A DNA stretch of 50,225 bases from Candidatus Zixiibacteriota bacterium (lineage in GTDB: Bacteria > Zixibacteria > MSB-5A5 > WJJR01). Positions 17,174 through 25,965 of this stretch are shown here, one piece after another. The translations under genes and the position numbers were made by a program. The DNA lies in the NCBI GenBank assembly GCA_040752075.1, contig JBFMFQ010000003.1:1-50225 (forward strand), read 5' to 3'. The notes under the pieces were generated by a model. The model worked only from the letters and a program-made list of their open reading frames with translations. It was not told where the DNA came from and ran no database searches. Each line of letters begins with the position of its first letter. Position 1 is the stretch's first letter.

Positions 17174-18661
17174 ATGCCTCGAATCGTGAATGTCCGTTTG
17201 GTTTGCGTGTCTGCGTTGATGCTGGCGAGCGGTCTTATGCCCATTGGCCTTACGACAGCACAAGAGTCGACCTTTTTATCCCAACAAGGTCGTCATGTGG
17301 GGGATTGTCTTTCGCCGGAGGGACACATCGATCGGGATGCGACGGGCGCGTCGGGGTACGAGGGTCCGCCGAATCTTGATGGCTCCCGGGTCTCGTGGGA
17401 AAGGGTCTCGGGCGAGTTGGTGTTCGCGCCAGCCGCATCGTCAGCGGCGCCTGCCGTGCCGGATGATGTGTACTGGCAGGACGGGTTCGGTTCGCCCGCC
17501 GGCCTGGACGGCGTGGTTCGGGCAGCCGTCGTGTACAACGGCGCGTTGATTGTGGGAGGCGACTTCACCACCGCCGGGGGTGCGTCCGCGAACTTCATCG
17601 CTTCTTGGGACGGCTCGTCCTGGTCGGCCTTGGGGTTTGGGATGGACAACACGGTTTTTGCCCTGACCGTTTTCAACTCACAGCTGATTGCCGGCGGCGG
17701 TTTCACCACCGCCGGAGGAGCGGCGGCAAACTACATTGCAGCGTGGGACGGTTCGTCGTGGTCTCCCCTTGGGGCGGGGATGGACGGCTGGGTTGCGACG
17801 CTGACCGTATTTGATGGCCAGTTGATTGCCGGCGGCTCCTTCTCCTCGTCAATCAGTGCATGGAACGGCTCGTCGTGGTCGGCCCTGGGATTGGGGATGG
17901 ACAATGTGGTATTCGCTTTGACCCCTTTTAACTCGCGGTTGATTGCCGGGGGGTACTTCACCACCGCCGGGGGTGTTCCGGCGAACCGGGTCGCAGCGTG
18001 GGATGGCGCCTCGTGGTCGGCCTTGGGAACTGGGGAAAACGACGGTATCTACGCTCTGACCGTTTTCAACTCGCAGTTGATCGCCGGAGGGCTCTTCACC
18101 ACCGCCGGCGGTGTTTCGGCAGACCGGGTCGCGGCTTGGGACGGTTCTCTGTGGTCGGCTCTGGGGACTGGGATGGAGGCTGACGTGGACGTGCTGACAG
18201 TTCACAATGCGCAATTGTTTGCCGGGGGCTTCTTTGTCAGCGCTGGAGGGGCAGCGGCGAACTACATCGCATCGTGGGATGGGTCGACATGGTCGGCTCT
18301 GGGGTCAGGGATGAACAACAACGTCTCCGCCCTCACCGTCTTCAATGCGCAGTTGATTGCGGGCGGCGGCTTCACGACCGCTGGCGATAAGTCGTCAGCC
18401 CATGTCGCCGTTTGGACGAAGTCCGCATGCTCGTGTCCATCTCAGGCCGATCTAAACGCCGACACCTTCATCGACGCGGTGGATCTGGCCGTCGAGATTG
18501 ACATAGTCTTTTTCGGGGCACCGGACGTGCAGGACCCTGCCTGTCCGACGACGCGGGGAGATTTCAACGGTGATGGAGTGGCTGACGCCGTTGACCTGGC
18601 ATTGCTCATCGATCATGTCTTCTTCGGCGGCCCGGGACCGGTTGATCCGTGTGCACCGTAG
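17174..18661 (+). CDS. Secreted 7-repeat beta-propeller protein (Rax2/delta-60-like WDGSSW repeats) with C-terminal dockerin
   Basis: GGAGG RBS and a signal peptide. Seven ~46-aa repeats (GMDxxVxALTVFNSQLIAGGxFTTAGG...IAAWDGSSWSALG), dockerin at 18428-18661. Confidence 0.85.
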   Translation: MPRIVNVRLVCVSALMLASGLMPIGLTTAQESTFLSQQGRHVGDCLSPEGHIDRDATGASGYEGPPNLDGSRVSWERVSGELVFAPAASSAAPAVPDDVYWQDGFGSPAGLDGVVRAAVVYNGALIVGGDFTTAGGASANFIASWDGSSWSALGFGMDNTVFALTVFNSQLIAGGGFTTAGGAAANYIAAWDGSSWSPLGAGMDGWVATLTVFDGQLIAGGSFSSSISAWNGSSWSALGLGMDNVVFALTPFNSRLIAGGYFTTAGGVPANRVAAWDGASWSALGTGENDGIYALTVFNSQLIAGGLFTTAGGVSADRVAAWDGSLWSALGTGMEADVDVLTVHNAQLFAGGFFVSAGGAAANYIASWDGSTWSALGSGMNNNVSALTVFNAQLIAGGGFTTAGDKSSAHVAVWTKSACSCPSQADLNADTFIDAVDLAVEIDIVFFGAPDVQDPACPTTRGDFNGDGVADAVDLALLIDHVFFGGPGPVDPCAP

Positions 18662-18669
18662 CCCGGATG

Positions 18670-18724
18670 TCAGATCTCTCAATGGAAGGGCCCGTGGGGT
18701 ATCGCTTACCCCGCGGCCTGTTCA
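18670..18724 (+). repeat. Conserved post-dockerin 3' element, copy 2 (hairpin 18692-18716)
   Basis: TCAGATCTCTCAATGGAAGGGCCCGTGGGGTATCGCTTACCCCGCGG, with the same 8-nt spacing from the stop codon as copy 1. Confidence 0.75.
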
Positions 18725-18893
18725 GCGGTCGGCAATGCACGGGTTCCGGGTTTCGACCTCGTCGCACGCAGAGTGAGCAGGCGATGATGCAAATCCGAAT
18801 TGGGAGAGCAAAGTTGCCGTGGGGACTCACCCGCAAATGAGCGGGGCGCCCCTATCGTCTGGAGACGCCCCTGTTCTCATTTGGAGGAGCCGC

Positions 18894-20129
18894 TCATTCG
18901 TTCGAAGGAGCAGCGTCCTCAGTCTGGCTGCGGACCAAGTGCTTGCGCACAAATGCCGGGACTTCCAAGTTTTCGGGATCATCATCGGCCAGGCCCGGCT
19001 GGCTCAAGATCGTGCCCTCCCCCATCGCCAGCCCGGCAATGCGGTTCGGCCCGATGCCGGCGCGTTCGGCGCCGAACAAGTCGATGGGCGAGCCGACAAC
19101 ACGGGCGCGGCGCTTGGCCGGGATGGCGAGCACTTCGGTTTCCACGGCGGCGGCGGGTTCCGGACGTGTGTTGGAGCCGAAGCCGGTCGCGATGACGGTG
19201 ACCCGGATTTCGTCGTCGAGGCGCGGATCGATGACCGCGCCGAAGATGATGTTGGCCTCCTCACCGGCGGCTTCGCTGATGATCGTATTGGCTTCGTGCA
19301 CATCATGCAGCGAGAGATCATGCCCGCCGGTGATGTTGACCAAGACGCCGCGGGCACCGACGATGGAGACGTCTTCGAGGAGCGGCGAATGGATGGCCGC
19401 GCGGGCGGCTTCCTTGGCCTTGCCCTCGCCGTCGGCGCGTCCGGTGCCCATGATGGCATCGCCCATTTCGCGCATCACGGTGCGGACATCGGCAAAGTCG
19501 CAGTTGATCAGGCCGGGCACGGTGATGAGATCGGCGATTCCCTTGGTGGCCTGATGCAGGATGTCATCGCAGATGCAGAAGGCATCGGTGAGACGGGTTG
19601 TGCGGTCGACCACGGCCAAGAGACGCTGGTTTTTGATGCAGATCATCGTGTCGACTTTCTCGCGCAGTTCCTCGAGGCCCTCCATCGCGCGGCGGTTGCG
19701 CGGCTTGCCCTCGAAGTCGAAGGGCAAAGTCACGATCGCCACGGTCAGCGCGCCCTGCTGCTTGGCGAGCTCGGCCACGACCGGCGCGGCGCCGGTCCCG
19801 GTTCCTCCGCCCAAACCGGCGGTCACGAACACCATGTCCGCCCCGGCCAGCGCGGCGGAGACAAGATCGCGATCCTCCTCGACCGCGCGCCGTCCGACGT
19901 TGGGATCGGCGCCGGCGCCGAGGCCGCGTGTCACCTTGCCGCCGATCTGGATGCGGCAATTTGCCTTCGAGTGTTCCAAAACTTGCGCATCGGTGTTGAC
20001 CGCGAGGAATTCCACCCCGGTCAGACCGGCTTCGATCATCCGGTTGACGGCGTTGCCGCCGGCCCCCCCGACCCCGACCACCTTCAGTTTGGCGGCGAGT
20101 TCCTCCTCCATTGCGAATTCAAAAGTCAT
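18894..20129 (-). CDS. ftsZ: Cell division protein FtsZ
   Basis: VVGVGGAGGNAVNRMI, tubulin signature GGGTGTG, C-terminal LEVPAFVRK peptide. Confidence 0.98.
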   Translation of the reverse strand: MTFEFAMEEELAAKLKVVGVGGAGGNAVNRMIEAGLTGVEFLAVNTDAQVLEHSKANCRIQIGGKVTRGLGAGADPNVGRRAVEEDRDLVSAALAGADMVFVTAGLGGGTGTGAAPVVAELAKQQGALTVAIVTLPFDFEGKPRNRRAMEGLEELREKVDTMICIKNQRLLAVVDRTTRLTDAFCICDDILHQATKGIADLITVPGLINCDFADVRTVMREMGDAIMGTGRADGEGKAKEAARAAIHSPLLEDVSIVGARGVLVNITGGHDLSLHDVHEANTIISEAAGEEANIIFGAVIDPRLDDEIRVTVIATGFGSNTRPEPAAAVETEVLAIPAKRRARVVGSPIDLFGAERAGIGPNRIAGLAMGEGTILSQPGLADDDPENLEVPAFVRKHLVRSQTEDAAPSNE

Positions 20130-20189
20130 TGCCCCTCCCTTTTATCCCGCAAGACATCGATTGAAGAATTGCGAAACCGTTACCGTTGA

Positions 20190-21413
20190 TTACAAAAACT
20201 CAGAAAGAACCTGTCCGATTCGTGATGACATTCTCCGGAAAACTCCCTGCGAATGAACGCGACGGGGGGCGCTTCCGCGCGCGCGCACGATCAATCCGAC
20301 CGCGGCGGTGTCGGCGGCGCTGACCACGAGGTGGCTCATGCCGGCAGTTGCATGGGGCCGTCCGATCCGCACGGGCAAATCGAAGATCCGTTCCGCCAGT
20401 TCGGCGGCGCCGGGAATCATGCAGCCGCCGCCGGTCAGGACCACGCCCGAGGCCAATAGCTCGGGTGACGGGACTTTGCGAATCTCATTTCGGGCGAGAA
20501 GACAAATCTCCTCGAAACGCGGGCCGATGATCGACGCGATCACCCGCGGCGACACTTCGCGCGGGGTCTGGTCGCCGACACCGGGCACGAGCACCGGATC
20601 GGGATCGGAAACCGCGTCGGCGAGCGCGGAGCCGGTTGTCATCTTGATCTTTTCTGCGGCGTCTATGGGGGTGCGCAGGCCGATGGCGAGATCGTTGGTC
20701 ACGTTGCGTCCGCCGAGCGCAACGCTGGCGGTGTGGCGCACGGAATCATCGACGAAGACCGCGATATCGGTCAGCCCGGAGCCGATGTCGACTAACGCCA
20801 CGCCCATGTCCCGTTCGCGGTCGGTGAGGACCGCGTCGGCGGTCGCCAAAGTCGATAGCGACAGCGAGTCGAGGGCGTATCCGGCCTCGTGCACGCAATG
20901 CTGGATGTTGTTCACCGCGAGCGCGGCGGCGGTGACGATGTGGACTTCGACTTCAAGGCGGGAGCCGATCATGCCCACCGGATCCTTGATCCCGGCCTGA
21001 TCGTCGACCACGAATTCGCGCGGCAATACGTGAATGACTTCGCGGTCCGGCGGAATGGGCACCGCGCGCGCGGCCTGCAGGACCCGCTCGACATCGGCGG
21101 CGCCGATGGTCCCCCCGCGTCGCGAGACAGCCACGACACCGCGCGAGTTTACGCTCTTGATGTGATCACCCGAGATGTTGCCGTGGATGGAACCCGGGGC
21201 GACACCGGACATGAGCTCGGCCTCTTCCAGCGCCTGCCTTATCGCGGCGGTGGTGCGGTCGAGGTGAACGATCACACCCCTTCGCAGGCCCGAGGAGGGC
21301 GCGCGGCCCACACCCACAATTCGAAAGGCGTCGCCGTCGTACTCGGCCGTCACCGCGGTAACCACGGACGACCCGATGTCGAGTCCGGTGATGGTCGGAA
21401 ATGTCGAGCTCAT
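20190..21413 (-). CDS. ftsA: Cell division protein FtsA
   Basis: GLDIGSS, VDIGSGLTD, VLTGGGC motifs; position immediately before ftsZ. Confidence 0.96.
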   Translation of the reverse strand: MSSTFPTITGLDIGSSVVTAVTAEYDGDAFRIVGVGRAPSSGLRRGVIVHLDRTTAAIRQALEEAELMSGVAPGSIHGNISGDHIKSVNSRGVVAVSRRGGTIGAADVERVLQAARAVPIPPDREVIHVLPREFVVDDQAGIKDPVGMIGSRLEVEVHIVTAAALAVNNIQHCVHEAGYALDSLSLSTLATADAVLTDRERDMGVALVDIGSGLTDIAVFVDDSVRHTASVALGGRNVTNDLAIGLRTPIDAAEKIKMTTGSALADAVSDPDPVLVPGVGDQTPREVSPRVIASIIGPRFEEICLLARNEIRKVPSPELLASGVVLTGGGCMIPGAAELAERIFDLPVRIGRPHATAGMSHLVVSAADTAAVGLIVRARGSAPRRVHSQGVFRRMSSRIGQVLSEFL

Positions 21414-22270
21414 ATCCCCCCTCCAGGGATGGCAGTCGTTTCTTCCACTTGCGAGCTATCCTCCGCCGGCGGGGAATCGGTGTCTTCCGGTTCAGGTTTC
21501 GCCAGGCTGGTGGAATCCCATTCAATGGCACGCAAGACAAGATAAGAATCAAACCGTGCATCGATCTCGCACGGCCACACGATGGCGGTATCCGGTGTGT
21601 CCAGCAGCCGCGTAACGCGGCGCGCGCGCTCTTCGAGATTGGTCCACCCGAGCACGACGCGCGAGCGTCCATCGACGGCGGTCATGACCCAGCCGCGCGC
21701 GGGATCGCGCTCCAGTTCGGAGACGGCGTTCTCGAACCGCTCGTCGGCTTCGCACAGGCGGGTCCACACCGCCGCGGCCGAGGCCGCACGGTGCGGCGGC
21801 TCGGGACGGAAACTCGCGAAGGAGGAACGCAGGACCGGCGCGTTGTTGTCGACGACCGGAGAGACGCAGAGCGCGCCATCAAGCGTTATCCCCTCGCCGG
21901 TCTCGGTCCAAATCAGGGGCACCGCGGGACGGATTCGCAGGCAGACTTTGTCAGGCAACTCAATGCAGGCGCGGCACTCGGCATTCTCGCCGAATTCGAT
22001 GCGCATTTTGGTCTCGAGATTGTCGAGATCGACCGACAGCAGATTGGAGTCGGCCGGAATCGCGACCAGTCCGCGTGCGCGCTCGATCCACTCAGCCGGG
22101 GCCTCCACCTGGATCTCGCGCACTTTCAAAAGCGGCCAGTATTGAGCCGAGAACACTCCGGCCAAAAGGAGAATGTCGACCCCGACGATGATCCAGCGCC
22201 ACGGAATGCGCCGGCGCTTCTCTGCGGTGTCGCGGTGAATGAGGACATCCGGATTGGGCATGGCGCTCAC
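21410..22270 (-). CDS. ftsQ: Cell division protein FtsQ/DivIB
   Basis: Single TM helix, POTRA-like region (NLLSVDLDNLE...IELPDKV), EIDARFD motif, dcw position. GTG start overlaps the murC stop. Confidence 0.8.
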   Translation of the reverse strand: MSAMPNPDVLIHRDTAEKRRRIPWRWIIVGVDILLLAGVFSAQYWPLLKVREIQVEAPAEWIERARGLVAIPADSNLLSVDLDNLETKMRIEFGENAECRACIELPDKVCLRIRPAVPLIWTETGEGITLDGALCVSPVVDNNAPVLRSSFASFRPEPPHRAASAAAVWTRLCEADERFENAVSELERDPARGWVMTAVDGRSRVVLGWTNLEERARRVTRLLDTPDTAIVWPCEIDARFDSYLVLRAIEWDSTSLAKPEPEDTDSPPAEDSSQVEETTAIPGGGI

Positions 22271-23673
22271 GGATGCACCTCCACCGAATTGGTCTTCAGA
22301 CGGGTCAGGATTTGCGGGCCGCAACGATAGATCGAACCGGCGCCGATCGTCATGATCAAATCACCGGGCTGCGCCATCACGTGTGCCAAGTCGATGACGT
22401 CCTCAAGCCGCCCGGCCAACCGGCAGCCGAGAGAGGACTGCTTTGCCGTTACCCCTTTGGCAATCAGAGCAGAGGTCACGCCGGGCATCGGTTGTTCCCG
22501 CGCGGGATAGATCGGGGCCAGAATGACGGCATCCGCTGCGGATAACGCCTCGGCAAAGGCCTCGTGAAAATCGCGTGTGCGCGAGAACAGGTGCGGCTGG
22601 AAGATCGCAATCAATCGTCCCTTCCCATCGACCCAGCGGCGGCCGGCGGCGAGCGCCGCCCGCAGTTCGGTCGGATGGTGCGCGTAGTCATCAACCACCG
22701 TCACCCCGCCCGCCGAACCAAGCACCTCGAAGCGCCGGCCGACACCAGTAAAGGTCGAAATGGCCTGCGCGATGGTGGTGACCGGGATGTCCAGTTCGAT
22801 CGCCACCGCGGAGGCCGCGAGGGCGTTTTCGGCGTTGTGACGGCCGGGCAGATTGACCGTGACACGCGTGAGGCGCTTCCCATCGGAATACAGATCGAAC
22901 GCGCTGGCGCGCGGTGTCAGTTCGAGCGCATCGGCGCGGACATTCGCATCGGGCGAGAAGCCGAAGGTGCAATGCCGGCGGTGAATATGCGGGGCAATAG
23001 CGTTCAATGCGGGCGAGTCGGCATTCGTGAACACCGATCCGTAAAACGGCACGCGCGCGAAGAACGCGGCGAAATTCTCCTGGAGGTCGGCCAGATCGCG
23101 ATAACAATCAAGGTGATCCTCTTCCAGGTTCGTCGCGATGGCGATAGTGGGATGAAGCGACAGAAACGAGTGGTCGTACTCATCCGCCTCGGCCACCAGA
23201 TACTCGCTTTGGCCGAGTTGCGCGTTGGCGTCGCGGCTGATGAGCCGTCCGCCGACAATCACGGTGGGATCCATGCCCGCATGGTGCAGGATGTGCCCGA
23301 TCATCGATGTGGTGGTGGTTTTGCCGTGGGTGCCGGCGATGCCAATGGAGAATTTCAGGCGCATGAGTTCGCCGAGCATTTCGGCGCGGCGGATGACGGG
23401 GATGCCCGACTTGTTGGCGGCCACGACTTCCGGGTTTTCCGATGTGACGGCCGAGGAGATCACAACGACATCGGCCCGGCCGACATGCGCCGCCTCATGC
23501 CCGATGGCGATCGTGATGCCCAGGGCCCGCAGATGGTCGATCGTCTCGGAGTCGGCCATATCGCTGCCGGTGATCTGAAACCCGGTCGCGTTCAGGATTT
23601 CGGCGATGCCCGACATCCCGGCGCCGCCGATTCCGACGAAGTGAAGCGTTTTGACTTTGCGCGCCCAGATCAT
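22267..23673 (-). CDS. murC: UDP-N-acetylmuramate--L-alanine ligase
   Basis: HFVGIGGAGMSGIA, AGTHGKTTTT, DDYAHHPTE, FQPH. Confidence 0.97.
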   Translation of the reverse strand: MIWARKVKTLHFVGIGGAGMSGIAEILNATGFQITGSDMADSETIDHLRALGITIAIGHEAAHVGRADVVVISSAVTSENPEVVAANKSGIPVIRRAEMLGELMRLKFSIGIAGTHGKTTTTSMIGHILHHAGMDPTVIVGGRLISRDANAQLGQSEYLVAEADEYDHSFLSLHPTIAIATNLEEDHLDCYRDLADLQENFAAFFARVPFYGSVFTNADSPALNAIAPHIHRRHCTFGFSPDANVRADALELTPRASAFDLYSDGKRLTRVTVNLPGRHNAENALAASAVAIELDIPVTTIAQAISTFTGVGRRFEVLGSAGGVTVVDDYAHHPTELRAALAAGRRWVDGKGRLIAIFQPHLFSRTRDFHEAFAEALSAADAVILAPIYPAREQPMPGVTSALIAKGVTAKQSSLGCRLAGRLEDVIDLAHVMAQPGDLIMTIGAGSIYRCGPQILTRLKTNSVEVHP

Positions 23674-24791
23674 GATGAATGGTCCCCACGATCAGCACCT
23701 TCGGCAAGGGAAATCACCTCGGCGGCGATCCGGTCGGCGGCATCGGGTTTGCCCATGGCGCGGGCGGCGTCTCCCATTCGTTCGCGGCGTTCCGAATCGC
23801 GAAGAAGTCCAGCGGCCTCCGCCAGGAGGGAACGTCCGGGCAGCTCACGGTCGGGCACCAGAAGCGCGGCGCCGGCATCAACAAGCACACGGGCGTTGTG
23901 CGTCTGGTGATCATCCGTGGCGTGCGGGAACGGCACCAGAACAGCGGGCCGTCCGGCCGCGGCGAGTTCGGAGATGGTCAATGCGCCCGAACGGGCGATC
24001 ACGACATCGGCCGCGACAAAGGCCTCGGTCATCGAGTCGGTGAATTCGAATGGCTGTAATGTCCAACCACTCCCGACGCGGCCATCCCAGTCGGCTTTGT
24101 GGCGCCCTGTTTGCCAGAGCACGGTGACGGGTCCATCGGGGCAGTCGGCATTGAGGCCCGCGGCGACGTTGGCATTGATTGACCGGGCGCCGCCCGAGCC
24201 CCCGGTCACGAGAATGACACGCTCTTCCTCCGGCAATCCCCAGGCGCGGCGCGCTTCGCTGCGCGGCATGGTGGCCAGACGCGGGTCGATGGGATTGCCG
24301 GTGATCTCGAGTCGCCGGGCACCCGCCAGATGGCGACGGGATTCCTCGAAGGCGGCAAACACGACCGAAGCGCCCGATACCAGCCAGCGTGTGGCCAGCC
24401 CGGGCAGGCGATTCTGTTCCTGCAGGGCATAGGGGATTCCGGCCTGCCCCGCGGCGCGGACCGGGAAGTACGACGCGTAGCCGCCGCATCCCACCGCGAC
24501 ATCCGGCGCGAAGTCCCGCACCAGGGCGCGCGCGAGGGACCGCGCGCGGATGTTGCTCCACAGCGCGGCGAAGTTGCGCCACGGACGTGTGCGCGAAAAC
24601 CCGCGAGCGGGCAATCCCTCGTAACGATGGTGGCGGCGTTCGATCACTTGTTTTTCGAATCCACGGTCTGAGCCGACGAAGAGCAGCTCCAGTTCACGAC
24701 TTTCTCCACATTGCCTCTTGATCGCCTCGGCGATGCGAATGGCGGGGATGAGGTGTCCCCCGGTTCCGCCGGCGGCCATCAAAACGCGCAT
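23670..24791 (-). CDS. murG: Lipid II GlcNAc transferase MurG
   Basis: AAGGTGGHLIPA, GCGGYAS, QEQN, TGGSGGA, ARSGALT, DDHQTHNA. Start at MRVLMA with a GGAG RBS. Confidence 0.96.
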   Translation of the reverse strand: MRVLMAAGGTGGHLIPAIRIAEAIKRQCGESRELELLFVGSDRGFEKQVIERRHHRYEGLPARGFSRTRPWRNFAALWSNIRARSLARALVRDFAPDVAVGCGGYASYFPVRAAGQAGIPYALQEQNRLPGLATRWLVSGASVVFAAFEESRRHLAGARRLEITGNPIDPRLATMPRSEARRAWGLPEEERVILVTGGSGGARSINANVAAGLNADCPDGPVTVLWQTGRHKADWDGRVGSGWTLQPFEFTDSMTEAFVAADVVIARSGALTISELAAAGRPAVLVPFPHATDDHQTHNARVLVDAGAALLVPDRELPGRSLLAEAAGLLRDSERRERMGDAARAMGKPDAADRIAAEVISLAEGADRGDHSS

Positions 24792-24798
24792 CTTCTCC

Positions 24799-25965
24799 CT
24801 ACCAGGGCGACGACCGGAATCGTGAGACATTGAGCACGATTCCCCATGCCGCTGCGGTCGCCAACAGTGACGAACCGCCGTAACTGACGAACGGGAACGG
24901 CAACCCGGTGGCCGGCGACACACCCGTAACCACCGCGGCATTTAGTCCCGCATTGACCAACAGCGATCCCGCAATCCCGACCACAAGCAGGTATCCGAAA
25001 CGGTCCGGTGCGCGGGTTGCCACCTTCCAACCGCGAAAGATCATCATCATGACGATCCCGAACACAGCGGTGAGCCCCAAGAGGCCGAGTTCCTCGCCGA
25101 TTGAGGCGAGGATGAAATCGGTGTGCGGCTCCGGGAGATAGAGCATCTTGGCGCGACCGCGCCCGAGCCCCTGCCCCACAAGGCCGCCGGAACCGAGTGC
25201 TATCTTCGATTGGCGAACCTGGTAGGAACCGCCGGTGTTGGTCATGAGCCCTTCACGCCAATCGTCGACGCGGGCCTTTTTGTACTCGAAGCCAAAGACA
25301 ATGATCAAGGCGGCGGTGACGGCGACCCCGAGCACCGGGAGGGTGTGCCGCCAGCGTGCCCCGGCCGCGATCACCATCAACCCCACGGTCGCCCACATGG
25401 TCAACAGGGCGGAGAATTCCGGCTGCAGCATGATGAGACCGCTGCCAGCCCCAAGGACTGCCAGCATCGGCCACCATTGAAGCGGGTTTTCGATTCGTTC
25501 GGCCTGACGGGCGAAGAAGGCAGCGGTGAACATGATGATCACGAGACGAAATATCTCCGAGGGCTGAATCCGGATCGGACCGAGCGGGATCCAGCGGCGC
25601 GCTTCATTGACCGGGGAAGCGAAGAGCACGATGCCGAGAAGCGCAAAGGCGATGATCAGCCCGGGGAGGATCCACTTGCGCAGCCGGCGGTAATCGATGC
25701 GGGAAACGAGAATCATGATGGCGGCGGCAACGCCCCACCAGATCAGTTGCCGCTTCCAGAAGAATCCCGGCGCGCCGAAGCGTCGCTCGGCCAGCATGAC
25801 CGACGAGGACAGCACCATGATGGTTCCGAGCGCCATGAGGATCATCGCGCCGAGCAAAATCAGCCGGTCCGCCTTCGGCATCGATGCACGGCGGCGCACC
25901 CACTCCGCATTGAGCCGGCCGTAGGCGTTGGTGGCAAACTGCGAAATGACCTCGGCGTTGGTCAT
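24799..25965 (-). CDS. ftsW: Peptidoglycan glycosyltransferase FtsW
   Basis: RRWI...IQPSE, YLPEPHTDFI, PFVSYGGSS; multiple TM segments. Confidence 0.95.
   Translation of the reverse strand: MTNAEVISQFATNAYGRLNAEWVRRRASMPKADRLILLGAMILMALGTIMVLSSSVMLAERRFGAPGFFWKRQLIWWGVAAAIMILVSRIDYRRLRKWILPGLIIAFALLGIVLFASPVNEARRWIPLGPIRIQPSEIFRLVIIMFTAAFFARQAERIENPLQWWPMLAVLGAGSGLIMLQPEFSALLTMWATVGLMVIAAGARWRHTLPVLGVAVTAALIIVFGFEYKKARVDDWREGLMTNTGGSYQVRQSKIALGSGGLVGQGLGRGRAKMLYLPEPHTDFILASIGEELGLLGLTAVFGIVMMMIFRGWKVATRAPDRFGYLLVVGIAGSLLVNAGLNAAVVTGVSPATGLPFPFVSYGGSSLLATAAAWGIVLNVSRFRSSPW

Noticed and set aside
10082-18661. True cellulosome
   Set aside because: No glycoside hydrolase, clear CBM3 or multi-cohesin scaffoldin is recognisable in the window.
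13187-18724. Diversity-generating retroelement (repeated C-terminal segments plus downstream hairpin)
   Set aside because: No reverse transcriptase or template repeat in the window. Differences between copies are largely synonymous and not adenine-specific.
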